A stretch of DNA of 49,708 nucleotides from Pseudomonas sp. (GCA_035497635.1 DATJDB010000180.1:1-49708), one strand, 5' to 3'. Positions 1-14,213 are shown, numbered from the stretch's first letter. Notes: generated by a model not told the origin, from the letters alone. Translations and numbers: made by a program.

Positions 1-442
1 TCATGTCGGCATCGTTGAAGTGGCAGGTCAGGCCGCGAAAGACGAAGCGCTCGTAGTTGAGTCCCGGCACCTGCGACCAGTAGCGCTCCTGGTGGTAGCG
101 CACCTCGGCGATGGCAGTGGTCAGGGTGTCGGCCAGGTGGAGCACGCCGAAGCTGCCATCGCTGAAGCGCGAGCCTTCGGGGTTCACATGGGTGAAAGGC
201 GCGATTGCGTAGGAGCAGCCGCGGATGCCGAACGGAATCTCGTCGCGCGCGATCAGCTCCAGGCGGCCCACTTCATTCAGCAGCCGGGGATTGGTCAGGG
301 CCTGCAGCTGGAAAAGCGCGTCGAAGTCGTCGGCGTCGGCCACGTCATCGAACAGGTGCACCGGCGGAAACTTGGAGTTGACCAGCCGGTAGGCCTGCCG
401 CGACTCTCCCGCCGCCGTGGCGAGGCTGGCCAGCCTCACCAT
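1..442 (-). CDS. RES-domain toxin (NAD+ phosphorylase family), runs off the left edge of the window
   Basis: Absent from the ORF track; translated by hand from ATG 442, which overlaps the antitoxin stop: MVRLASLATAAGESRQAYRLVNSKFPPVHLFDDVAD...ALTNPRL...APFTHVNPEGSRFSDGSFGVLHLADTLTTAIAEVRYHQ. The RL..S.FPP..LF, TNPR and GSRFSDG..G...A.....AIAE..YH motifs fit the RES family. Confidence 0.9.
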   Translation of the reverse strand, partial: MVRLASLATAAGESRQAYRLVNSKFPPVHLFDDVADADDFDALFQLQALTNPRLLNEVGRLELIARDEIPFGIRGCSYAIAPFTHVNPEGSRFSDGSFGVLHLADTLTTAIAEVRYHQERYWSQVPGLNYERFVFRGLTCHFNDADM

Positions 443-849
443 TGCGCGCCGCGCAGGGCGTCGATGCGCCGGTAGGTTTCGTAGAGGGAGATCATGTCGC
501 CCTGGGCCATGATGTCCAGCGGTGCACGCCCGTTGAAGAAGGCGTTGTGATTGGCCATCGCCGGGAAGCCGTAGACGTTGTCGGGGTTGTCGAAGAGCAG
601 ATGCAGCGCGGCATGGATGTTCAGCACCATGCTGATGCGCTGCAACTGATCGGTGTCGAGGCCGACGGACCAGGCCGGGTCATGCTGCCGGGCGCGGGTG
701 TAGGTGCTGCGTGAGATGCGCAGGATGCGGCAGGCCTGCTCCGAGGATGCCTGCCACTTGTCCAAGATGTTCAGGGCCGCCCGCAGGCCGGTGACGCCTT
801 GCTCTTTCGAGAGTTGGCGAGCGGGACGTGCGGTTGCGAGGGTGGCCAT
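436..849 (-). CDS. Xre/MbcA/ParS-type antitoxin
   Basis: N-terminal HTH-like segment (ILDKWQASSEQACRILRISRSTY) and a C-terminal QRIS.VLNIHAAL...NAFFNGRAPLDIM...YRRIDALRG segment. Coupled to the RES gene. ATG 849 has a GGAG RBS; the ORF track starts at 861. Confidence 0.88.
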   Translation of the reverse strand: MATLATARPARQLSKEQGVTGLRAALNILDKWQASSEQACRILRISRSTYTRARQHDPAWSVGLDTDQLQRISMVLNIHAALHLLFDNPDNVYGFPAMANHNAFFNGRAPLDIMAQGDMISLYETYRRIDALRGAQW

Positions 850-879
850 GCTGATCTCCATCTTGATTCCCCAGGCGCA

Positions 880-908
880 ACTTTAGACGAACTGCGTCCA
901 CAGATCAA
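880..908 (-). promoter_or_regulatory. sigma70-like promoter of the Xre-RES operon with a palindromic operator in the spacer
   Basis: TTGATC(908-903)-17 bp-TAAAGT(885-880) on the minus strand. GACG-N5-CGTC palindrome at 886-898. Confidence 0.55.
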
Positions 909-987
909 AAGCGAACGACCGGAGAAGAGGCCGGTCAACCCATGCAACTAGCGTTGATTGCTCGATCCCTTGGCATGGAGACCGGAA

Positions 988-1096
988 ATGAACAGCAAGA
1001 ACAGGATCTGTCTCTGGTATGACGGCACCGCCCTGGACCATGCACAAGATCGACATCGCGGCGATCGAGGCGGCGAGGGGCCGGACGGCACCGTGA
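988..1096 (+). pseudogene. Internally deleted VOC/PhnB-like (3-demethylubiquinone-9 3-methyltransferase-like) gene remnant
   Basis: GGAG RBS, then MNSKNRICLWYDGTALD (family N-terminus) joined out of frame to MHKIDIAAIEAARGRTAP* (family C-terminus, M.KIDIAAIEAAR). Confidence 0.75.
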
Positions 1097-1118
1097 GACA
1101 CCGTCCGGGTTTGACTCC

Positions 1119-2630
1119 TCAGTACTCCACCTGCAGCTCGGCGCTGCTCGGTTCGGCCTGACAGGCCAGCGTCCAGCCCTGGCGCACCTGCTGCTCACTC
1201 AGCACCTGGTTGCTGCGCATGGTCACGCTGCCGGCCACCACCCGGCACTTGCAGGCGGAGCAGATACCCGAGCGGCAGGCGCTCGGCGGTTGCAGGCCCG
1301 CCTGTTCCATGGCGTCCAGCAACACCTCGCCACTGGCAACGTCCAGCTCGTGGCGCTTGCCCTCAAGTTCCACCTGCAAGTGACTGCTGGGACCGCTCAA
1401 GGCCTGAGGGCGCGCAACGGCGGCGCCAAAGCGCTCCAGATGGATGCGCGCCTCGGCGACGCCCAGTTCTTCCAGCGCGGCGCGTGCCGTGTCCATGAAC
1501 GGCTGGGGTCCGCAGATGAAGCAGTCCGCCGCGCGCCAGTCGGCCAGTTGCGTGGCGATGGCCCGCACATCCGGCAGCCCCTGGCTGGCATCGAACCAGC
1601 TATGCAGCACCAGGCGCTGCGGATAGTCCCGCTGCAGGGCCGCCAGCTCCTCGGCAAAGATCACTGAATCAGCATCCCGGTTGGCATGGAACAGGCACAC
1701 CCGGCCGCTGCCCCGGACCAGCGCCGCGCGCAGGATCGCCATCAGCGGGGTGATGCCGCTGCCGGCACCGAGCAGCAGCAGATCCTCGTCCAGGCTACGC
1801 GGCACAAACTGCCCGGCCGGCGGCAGCGACTCGATAGCGTCGCCCCGCTTGAGATGATCGAACAGCCAGGTCGAGGCCCGCCCACCGGCGACGCGCTTGA
1901 CCGTGATGCGCAGCGCAGCGTCATGCGACAGCGAATAGCAACGCAGCAGCGGCGGCTCGGCACACGGCACCTTCAGCGTGAGGAACTGCCCCGGCTGGGC
2001 GGCGAAGCGGGCGCGCTGCTCGGCCGGCACCTGCAGGACGAACGAGCAGCTATCGGCCGTCTCGCTGTGCCGCGCGACGACCTGCAGGCGGGTGAAGTCG
2101 CTGGCCGGCGCGGGGCTCGGCACCGGTTTAATGCCGCGCAGCATCGGCCCCACCGACTTGCGGCGAAACAGCAGCACATAGCCGATATGCAGAGCAATCA
2201 GCCAAAGCCCCAGGTTGGCGAAGAACTCGTGGACCTCTTCGGCATCACCGAGCCAGGCGACAAAATCAAGATCACTGGCGGCGCCGAACAGGTCCGGTCC
2301 CACGCCGGGGAGGGCGGCCAGCACGTCGCCGTTGTCGACCATGCCCAGGCCGATCACGCTGGCCAGCGCAAAGCTCGCCAGGGCGCCGAAGGTCAGCCAG
2401 GTGCCGACGGCGGACAGGCTCGGCTTGCGCCGCTCGGCCTTCGGTGGAAGCAATTTGGGAAAGCCGCGCAGGCGCAGCGGCGCAATCAGCAGGCGCGCCA
2501 CCAGCAGCACGATCAGGCCGTAGCCCAGCCAGATATGCAGCAGCTCGGTGGCGTCGCCACTCAGATAGACAGCGATGAAAAAACCGGCCAGTAGCCAGTG
2601 GAACAGGCGAAAGCGGTTGAAGGCAGCCAC
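1119..2630 (-). CDS. Fusion: di-heme cytochrome b (4 TM) + FAD/NAD(P)H-binding FNR-like reductase + C-terminal 2Fe-2S ferredoxin
   Basis: Heme-b His motifs RLFHW, LHIWLGY, EVHEFFAN and ALHI lie in hydrophobic helices. FNR motifs RCYSLS, GRASTWL, GAGSGITP and FICGPQPFM. Ferredoxin motif CRSGICSACKC...LACQ. GTG start. Confidence 0.9.
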   Translation of the reverse strand: MAAFNRFRLFHWLLAGFFIAVYLSGDATELLHIWLGYGLIVLLVARLLIAPLRLRGFPKLLPPKAERRKPSLSAVGTWLTFGALASFALASVIGLGMVDNGDVLAALPGVGPDLFGAASDLDFVAWLGDAEEVHEFFANLGLWLIALHIGYVLLFRRKSVGPMLRGIKPVPSPAPASDFTRLQVVARHSETADSCSFVLQVPAEQRARFAAQPGQFLTLKVPCAEPPLLRCYSLSHDAALRITVKRVAGGRASTWLFDHLKRGDAIESLPPAGQFVPRSLDEDLLLLGAGSGITPLMAILRAALVRGSGRVCLFHANRDADSVIFAEELAALQRDYPQRLVLHSWFDASQGLPDVRAIATQLADWRAADCFICGPQPFMDTARAALEELGVAEARIHLERFGAAVARPQALSGPSSHLQVELEGKRHELDVASGEVLLDAMEQAGLQPPSACRSGICSACKCRVVAGSVTMRSNQVLSEQQVRQGWTLACQAEPSSAELQVEY

Positions 2631-2661
2631 GGCGGTGATCCTCTACGAATGGATTGCCCTC

Positions 2662-2742
2662 GTTGTAGGCCTATCACCTGAAGTGAAACTGAATGCCCTG
2701 CCAGACGCCGTTCAGCTTCGCTTCAGCTGGCGAGCCTAGGCT
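2662..2742. promoter_or_regulatory. Back-to-back divergent promoters, each with a TTCAG-N6-TTCAG direct repeat (OmpR/PhoB-family-like box)
   Basis: Plus strand: TTCAG(2711-15)cttcgcTTCAG(2722-26)-10 bp-TAGGCT(2737-42). Minus strand: TTCAG(2693-89)tttcacTTCAG(2682-78)-10 bp-TACAAC(2667-62). Confidence 0.7.
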
Positions 2743-2771
2743 GCGTGCATTCCTTCCGGAGACCGCGCCCC

Positions 2772-3176
2772 ATGAAAGCCCACTGGATTGCCCTTGCCTG
2801 TTGCCTGAGCCTGCCGGCGCTGGCCGAGACCGAACACCCGCTGTTGCCAGGTTATGCCGCCCAGGCGCGCCAGCTGGATCCAGCCTTTGCCGGCTTTTCC
2901 GCCGAACGCGGCAAGGCGCTGTATTACATGGAAGAGCAACGCAACGGTAAAACCATGAGCTGCACCACCTGCCACACCGCCGATCCTCGGCAAACCGGCA
3001 AGACGCTGGCCTATCGCACGGTCAAGCCACTGGCGCCGTCGGCCAATCCGACGCGCTTCACCGACACGAAGAAGGTCGAGAAATGGTTTCGCCGCAACTG
3101 CGACGACGTCTTCGCCCGCGAATGCACCGCCCAGGAAAAGGGCGATTTCATCGCCTGGATCAATAGCCTGAAGTAG
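2772..3176 (+). CDS. shp: Sphaeroides heme protein (SHP/DUF1924)-like monoheme cytochrome c
   Basis: Signal peptide, FSAERGKAL, CTTCH heme site, PLAPSANPTRFTD.KKVEKWFRRNC...RECTAQEKGD (Asn-Cys and second Cys typical of SHP). ATG 2772 follows GGAGA. Confidence 0.88.
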   Translation: MKAHWIALACCLSLPALAETEHPLLPGYAAQARQLDPAFAGFSAERGKALYYMEEQRNGKTMSCTTCHTADPRQTGKTLAYRTVKPLAPSANPTRFTDTKKVEKWFRRNCDDVFARECTAQEKGDFIAWINSLK

Positions 3177-3187
3177 GAGCGCATCCC

Positions 3188-3709
3188 ATGAACCTCGCGC
3201 GCACAGCGGCCGTCGCCGGATTGACACTGACTCTGGGACTGGTCGGCTACAGCTTCGCCGATGACGATGATGACCACGACCGGCGCTACAAGCGTCCCAA
3301 GCGCCTGGCGGTGCCGAGCAATGCCCCGCTGGTGTGGAAAGAGGAATGCGCCGCCTGCCATATGCTCTACGTGCCGGGCCTGCTGCCGGCCGATGCCTGG
3401 CGACAGCAGATGAGTACCCTCGACGAACACTACGGCAGCAATGCCACGCTGGACCCGGAGCTGGAACAACAGATCCTCGATTTCCTGGTGCGCGCCTCGG
3501 CGGTCAACCGCCTGCCGGTGGAACCCTCACCGGTCCCCGGCGAGCCGCCGCGCATCAGCCAGACGCGCTGGTTCGAGCACAAGCACGACGAGGTCAGCGA
3601 AGCCAAGTTCCGCCGCGAAGCGGTCGGCGGCCGCGCCAATTGCGTGGCCTGCCACCGCGACGCCGAGCGTGGCGACTTCGATGACGATCGGGTGAAGATT
3701 CCCCGCTAA
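3188..3709 (+). CDS. dhc: Diheme cytochrome c (DHC family)
   Basis: Signal peptide, EECAACHMLY.PGLLPA..W..M..L..HYG, PRISQTRWF..KHDEV and ANCVACH..AERGDF. Lies directly after SHP with an AGGAG RBS. Confidence 0.9.
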   Translation: MNLARTAAVAGLTLTLGLVGYSFADDDDDHDRRYKRPKRLAVPSNAPLVWKEECAACHMLYVPGLLPADAWRQQMSTLDEHYGSNATLDPELEQQILDFLVRASAVNRLPVEPSPVPGEPPRISQTRWFEHKHDEVSEAKFRREAVGGRANCVACHRDAERGDFDDDRVKIPR

Positions 3710-3729
3710 GCGGGTAGGGAAGGCACCGT

Positions 3730-4014
3730 TCAGGCTCGACCGGTCGCCGCCACATAGACCTCATCATCACGACGCGCACCCACACAGAGGATCAGGACGA
3801 TCTCCGTGCCGTTGATGCGATAGATGATGCGCACATCGCCCGTCCGGACCCGACGGTAGCCAGCCAGGGCACCTCGTAGCGGCTTGCCGATCTTGTCGGG
3901 CTCGCCCTGGGCGATGCGCTCGCGGATCACCTTCAGAACTCGTCTCGCCTCGGCTGTCCCCAGCGCCTTGAGATCTTCTTCCACAGCGGGGTGAAACCGA
4001 ATGCTCCAGGTCAT
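3730..4014 (-). CDS. Type II toxin, RelE/ParE family
   Basis: 94 aa; W.I.FHP.V.EDL...GKPLRGALAGYRRVRTGDVRIIYRI...VGARRDDEVY. Confidence 0.9.
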   Translation of the reverse strand: MTWSIRFHPAVEEDLKALGTAEARRVLKVIRERIAQGEPDKIGKPLRGALAGYRRVRTGDVRIIYRINGTEIVLILCVGARRDDEVYVAATGRA

Positions 4015-4023
4015 ATGGGTGCC

Positions 4024-4305
4024 TTAACTGAAGCGAGCTTCCATGTCTTCCAGGCTCAGGGTGTGGTCTTCATCGTGGGTGGTCAGGCGCTCGATCGCCA
4101 GCCTTTCAGCGCGCAGGTCTTCAAGCTCGTCCTGCAACGCCTGGTAGGCCTCGACCCCCACCAGCACCGCGGCCGGCTCGTTGTCCTTGAAGATCACCAG
4201 GTGCGTAACTTCGCCGCTGGTGACTTCCTTCAGTCGTGCTCCGAAATTGCGGACCATGGCCGTCGCGGAAACGGCCTGTTCGGCCCGGTCCAGAAGTGCG
4301 CTCAT
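4024..4305 (-). CDS. Type II antitoxin, Phd/YefM family
   Basis: VSATAMVRNFG...LVIFKDNEPAAVLV...YQALQDELEDL with an acidic C-terminus. Upstream of the RelE-like gene. Confidence 0.88.
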   Translation of the reverse strand: MSALLDRAEQAVSATAMVRNFGARLKEVTSGEVTHLVIFKDNEPAAVLVGVEAYQALQDELEDLRAERLAIERLTTHDEDHTLSLEDMEARFS

Positions 4306-4345
4306 TGCAACTGCCTCAGGTATTCATCGTGGAAGGGCTGCCGGA

Positions 4346-4380
4346 AGTATACGCAACATTATGCGTAAAACAATGCGTAA
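4346..4380 (-). promoter_or_regulatory. Promoter/operator of the Phd-RelE operon
   Basis: Minus-strand TTGTTT(4373-68)-16 bp-TATACT(4351-46). Overlapped by palindrome TACGCA-N6-TGCGTA (4350-4367) and ATGCGTAA direct repeats (4361-68, 4373-80). Confidence 0.6.
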
Positions 4381-4405
4381 CTCCGGCGCTATCGAACCCA
4401 TGCAC

Positions 4406-5515
4406 CTAACGCCCAAACCGCTCCAGCTGCATCTCCCGCAAGCGGCTCAGCGTGCGGCGGAACGGAAAGGCCAGATAGCCGCACTCGTAGAGCCGGTCCA
4501 TCTCCACTTCGGCCTCGATATACAGCGGCACGCCCCGGTCGTAGCACTCGTCTACCAGGGCGATGAAGCGCCGCACCGCATTATCGTTGCGGGCGAGGGC
4601 GGGGAGCTGGCGGTCGCCGGCCTGCACCTGTTCGCTGGCGTCCTCGGTGCCCCGGGCGATGCGGCCCTCGCGCTGCTCGCCGCCCAGCACGGGTACGTCA
4701 CCGAGCAGGATGGCGGTGAAGCGATCACAAAGGGCGATGTAGTCCTGTGACGCCCACGGCGCTTCGCACAGGGCGTCAAAGCTGGCCCACAGCGTGGTTG
4801 CGCTTCGGGCAATGACCTCCAGGCTTCGTCCGTTGAGCTCCAGCGGCGCGTGTTCGACCAGCTTTCCGCCGGCCAGCGAGGCGAACAGCCCGGGCAGGGC
4901 GGACGCCTGCTCCGGCTGGCGCACCCAGTAACGCTGCACTTCGCGTCCCGGATGCAGGCGATGGTCCTGCCCACCGTCCAGGCCGAACACCTGCAGGTGC
5001 CGCTCGATGGCGTGAATCGCCGGCAGGAAACGCTCGCGGTTGAAGCCGTCGGCGTACAGCTGCGCGGGCGGCTGGTTGGAGGTGACCACCAGTACCACGC
5101 CGTTGGCGAACAGCTTCTGCAGCAGGCCGCCGAGCAGGATGGCGTCGCCGATGTCGTTGACGAACAGCTCGTCGAAACACAGCACGCGCACCTCGGCCGC
5201 CAGTTCGTCCGCCAGGCCCTGCAGCGGGTCGGCGGTACCGGTCAGTTGGAACAGCCGGCGGTGCACCCAGCGCATGAAATGGTGGAAATGCTGACGGCGC
5301 GACGGCACTTGTAGGGCTTGCTGGAAGCGATCCATCAGCCAGGTCTTGCCGCGCCCCACAGGCCCCCACAAGTACACGCCGCCGACCGCCTCGTCGGCGT
5401 GCAGGGCCCGCAAACAGTCGTCCAGCAGTTCGACGGCCTGCCACTGGGCCGGGTCGGCGACGAAGCCCTGAGTGTCGATGGCGTGGCGGTACAGGGTGGC
5501 AAGCGGCGAGGGCAT
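4406..5515 (-). CDS. zapE: AFG1/ZapE family ATPase
   Basis: GVYLWGPVGRGKTWLMD (Walker A), HFHHFM, LCFDE (Walker B), TSNQPP..LYADGFNRERFLP, RRFIALVDECYD, FRRTLSRLREMQ. Start probably MPSPL at 5515; the ORF-track extension overlaps glgE. Confidence 0.9.
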   Translation of the reverse strand: MPSPLATLYRHAIDTQGFVADPAQWQAVELLDDCLRALHADEAVGGVYLWGPVGRGKTWLMDRFQQALQVPSRRQHFHHFMRWVHRRLFQLTGTADPLQGLADELAAEVRVLCFDELFVNDIGDAILLGGLLQKLFANGVVLVVTSNQPPAQLYADGFNRERFLPAIHAIERHLQVFGLDGGQDHRLHPGREVQRYWVRQPEQASALPGLFASLAGGKLVEHAPLELNGRSLEVIARSATTLWASFDALCEAPWASQDYIALCDRFTAILLGDVPVLGGEQREGRIARGTEDASEQVQAGDRQLPALARNDNAVRRFIALVDECYDRGVPLYIEAEVEMDRLYECGYLAFPFRRTLSRLREMQLERFGR

Positions 5516-5577
5516 GAACGGCATCCCGAAAACGAAAGGGGCGAGTATACGGGCCGCTGCGGCCGGCTGGTCAGCCT

Positions 5578-5604
5578 GAACTTTCCCACTCGCCACGGCT
5601 CGGT
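5578..5604 (+). promoter_or_regulatory. Candidate AlgU (sigmaE-type) promoter of glgE-treS-glgB
   Basis: GAACTT-16 bp-TCGGT, compared with the AlgU consensus GAACTT-N16/17-TCnnA. Confidence 0.5.
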
Positions 5605-5657
5605 AATAGAACTCGGCCGAGGCCGGTGCATACCCCTGGTGGCAAGGAATAGACACG

Positions 5658-7667
<2,010 letters not shown>

Positions 7668-7680
7668 GGGAGCAAGGCAC

Positions 7681-10985
<3,305 letters not shown>

Positions 10986-10989
<4 letters not shown>

Positions 10990-13220
10990 ACGACCTGGCA
11001 CCTGCCGCGCAACGCGCCACCGAACGGGCCGCCATCGATGCCCTGGAGCAGGGCGAGCACGGCAATCCGTTTGCCTTCCTGGGCCCCCATCGTGACGGCG
11101 ACGGCGTCTTCATCCGCGCCTGGCTGCCCGGCGCGCAGCGCGTCGAGCTGCTGGCGGCGCCGGGCGGCGGTCCGTCGGGCGCCGATGAGGCGAACGACGC
11201 CCTGCTCGGCGAAATGGGCCAGCCCCACCCGGGGCTGTTCTGCCTGCGCATCGAGCCAGCCTGCGATTACCGCTACCGCATCCACTGGCCGGAGAGCGTG
11301 CAGGAAACCGAGGACCCCTACGCCTTCGGCCCGCTGCTCGGCGATCTGGACATCTACCTGTTCAGCGAGGGCAATCACCGCCAGCTCGGCGAGGTGTTCG
11401 GTGCCCAGCTGGCGCGGCATCAGGGCGTGGACGGCGTGTGCTTTTCCGTCTGGGCACCCAATGCGCGGCGGGTGTCGGTGGTCGGCAACTTCAATGCCTG
11501 GGACGGGCGCCGCCACCCGATGCGCCTGCGCCATCCCGCAGGCGTGTGGGAGCTGTTCATTCCCCGCCTGGGTGTGGGGGAGGTCTACAAGTTCGAGATC
11601 CTCGGCCAGGACGGCCTGCTGCCGCTCAAGGCCGACCCCCTGGCGCGCACCAGCGAGCCGCCGCCGGCCACCGGCTCGGTGGTTGCCGCGCCGCTGGATT
11701 TTCCCTGGAGCGATGCCGACTGGGTGGAGCAACGCCCGCAGCGCCAGGCCCATGACCAGCCGCTGGCCATCTATGAAGTGCACGTCGGCTCCTGGCGCCG
11801 CCACGGCGAGCGCGACGGGAGGCAACTGAGCTGGGCGGAACTGAGCGAACAGCTGATTCCCTATGTGCTGGACCTGGGCTTCACCCACATCGAGCTGCTG
11901 CCGATCATGGAGCATCCGTTCGGCGGCTCCTGGGGCTACCAGCCGCTGGGCCTGTTCGCCCCCACCGCCCGCCACGGCAGCCCGGCGGACTTCGCCGCCT
12001 TCGTGGACGCCTGCCACCGCGCCGGACTGGGCGTGCTGCTCGACTGGGTGCCGGCGCATTTCCCCACCGACCCCCACGGCCTGGGGCGTTTCGACGGCAC
12101 CGCGCTGTACGAGTACGCCCACCCGTTCGAGGGCTTTCACCAGGACTGGGATACCTATATCTACAACCTGGGCCGTACCGAAGTGCATGGCTTCATGCTC
12201 GCCTCGGCGCTGCACTGGCTGCGCACCTTCCATATCGACGGGCTGCGCGTGGATGCCGTCGCCTCGATGCTCTACCGTGACTATTCGCGCGAAGCCGGCG
12301 AATGGATTCCCAACCGCCACGGCGGTCGTGAGAATCTGGAGGCCATCGACTTCCTCTGCCACCTCAACGACGTGGTGAACCTGGAAGTGCCCGGCGCGCT
12401 GGTGATCGCCGAGGAGTCCACGGCCTGGCCCGGGGTCAGCCGGCCGACCCGCGAAGGCGGCCTGGGCTTTGCCTACAAATGGAACATGGGCTGGATGCAC
12501 GACAGCCTGGGCTACATCACCGAAGACCCGATCCACCGCAGCCATCACCACGACGAGCTGACCTTCGGGCTGCTTTATGCGTTCTCCGAGCAGTTCATCC
12601 TGCCCATCTCCCACGATGAGGTGGTGCACGGCAAGCGCTCGCTGCTGGACAAGATGCCCGGCGACCGCTGGCAGCAGTTCGCCAACCTGCGGCTGTTCTT
12701 CAGCTTCATGTGGACCCACCCGGGCAAGAAACTGCTGTTCATGGGCTGCGAGTTCGGCCAGTGGCGCGAATGGGACCACGACCAGGAACTGGACTGGTAT
12801 CTGCTGCGCTACGGCGACCACGTCGGCGTACAGAGCCTGGTGCGCGCCCTCAACCGGCTGCATCGCGAAGAGCCGGCGCTGCACCGTCTGGACGGCAACA
12901 GCGCCGGCTTCCGCTGGGTGATCGGCGACGATCACAGCAACAGCGTCTACGCCTGGCTGCGCAACGACCGCGACGGCGGGGTCCTGCTGGTGGTGCACAA
13001 CTTCACCCCGGTGCCGCGCAACGACTACCGCATCGGCGTGCCGCTGCCCGGCCGCTGGGCCGTGCGGTTCAACAGTGACGACGAGCTGTACGCCGGCTCC
13101 GGCGCCGGCAGCCACGGCGAGCGGCAGAGCGAGGAGGTGATCAGCCATGGCGACGCGCACTCGCTGATCCTCGACCTGCCACCGCTGGGCAGCCTGATCC
13201 TCAAGCCGATTGAGGGTTAA
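10986..13220 (+). CDS. glgB: 1,4-alpha-glucan branching enzyme
   Basis: [65 protein letters not shown] overlap with the treS stop. Confidence 0.97.
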
Positions 13221-13256
13221 CCCGCATCCTGCTTTCCGTTTTCTGTAGGGTCCAAG

Positions 13257-14213
13257 TCAGCGCTTTGCCTTCAGCCGTGCACCCGCCCGCCGCTCCAGCA
13301 CCAGATAGAGCACGCAGGCCACCAGCAGAGGCAGCAGAAAATACAGCGCCCGGTAGCCGATCAGCGCGGCCAGCAGGGTACTGGCCGGCATCTGATGCTG
13401 GAGCATGGCGAGGAAGATGGCTTCCAGCACGCCCAGGCCAGCGGGAATGTGGGTGACCACGCCAGCGATGGCGCTGATCAGCAGGATGCCCAGCACCGTG
13501 GCGAAGCCGGCGCGTTCCGGCAGCAGCAGGGTGATGAGCACGGCCATCAGGCACCAGTTCAGCGCGCCCATGCCAGCCTGCAGCAGGGCGAAGCGCAGCG
13601 AGGGCAGGGTGATGCGATGGGCGCGCCAGTGCCAGGTGCGATGGATGGCGAAGCGGCAGGCCAGCAGATAGCCCGCGGCGGTCAGCAACAGCAGGACCCC
13701 GACGATACGCAAGCCGCCGTTACCCAGCCGCCAATGCTCCGGCAAATCCAGCAGGCCCAGCGCGAACACCACGCCGGCCATCAGGATGTAACCCAGCCAG
13801 TTGGTGATGATGCTGGTGCTGAGAATCCGCGTGATGGTGGCCAGGCTCAGGCCCAGCCGCGAATACAGCCGGTAACGCATGGCCACGCTGCCCACCCAGG
13901 AGCCCAGGTTCAGGTTGAAGGCGTAGCAGACGAACGCCACCCGCAGCACCTGGCGGGTGGGCAGGTGATGCCCGGTATAGGCACGCCCGAGCAGGTCGAA
14001 GGCACTGAACAGCAGATGGCTGACCAGCACCAGCACCACTCCGAGGGCCAGCGTCAGCAGGCTGAAACCACGCAGCGCCAGCCAGACTTCGTGCCAGTCC
14101 ACATGGCGGATCAGGTTGAACAGCAGCACGGCCAGCACGCCGACCAGCGCCAGGGTCACCAGCCGCCGCACCAGACGCCCCGCGCTGCGCGCCGGCAGCG
14201 CCTTGTCGCTCAC
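13257..14213 (-). CDS. ybhN: YbhN / lysylphosphatidylglycerol synthase-like TM domain membrane protein
   Basis: Multi-TM; FVCYAFNLNLG..VG..AMRYRLYSRLG, HIPAGLGVLE, YRALYFLLPL. GTGA overlap with the clsB stop. Confidence 0.85.
   Translation of the reverse strand: MSDKALPARSAGRLVRRLVTLALVGVLAVLLFNLIRHVDWHEVWLALRGFSLLTLALGVVLVLVSHLLFSAFDLLGRAYTGHHLPTRQVLRVAFVCYAFNLNLGSWVGSVAMRYRLYSRLGLSLATITRILSTSIITNWLGYILMAGVVFALGLLDLPEHWRLGNGGLRIVGVLLLLTAAGYLLACRFAIHRTWHWRAHRITLPSLRFALLQAGMGALNWCLMAVLITLLLPERAGFATVLGILLISAIAGVVTHIPAGLGVLEAIFLAMLQHQMPASTLLAALIGYRALYFLLPLLVACVLYLVLERRAGARLKAKR

Noticed and set aside
3259-3282. GAY-rich run encoding DDDDDHD in DHC
   Set aside because: Short low-complexity acidic linker after the signal peptide; no evidence of phase variation or function.
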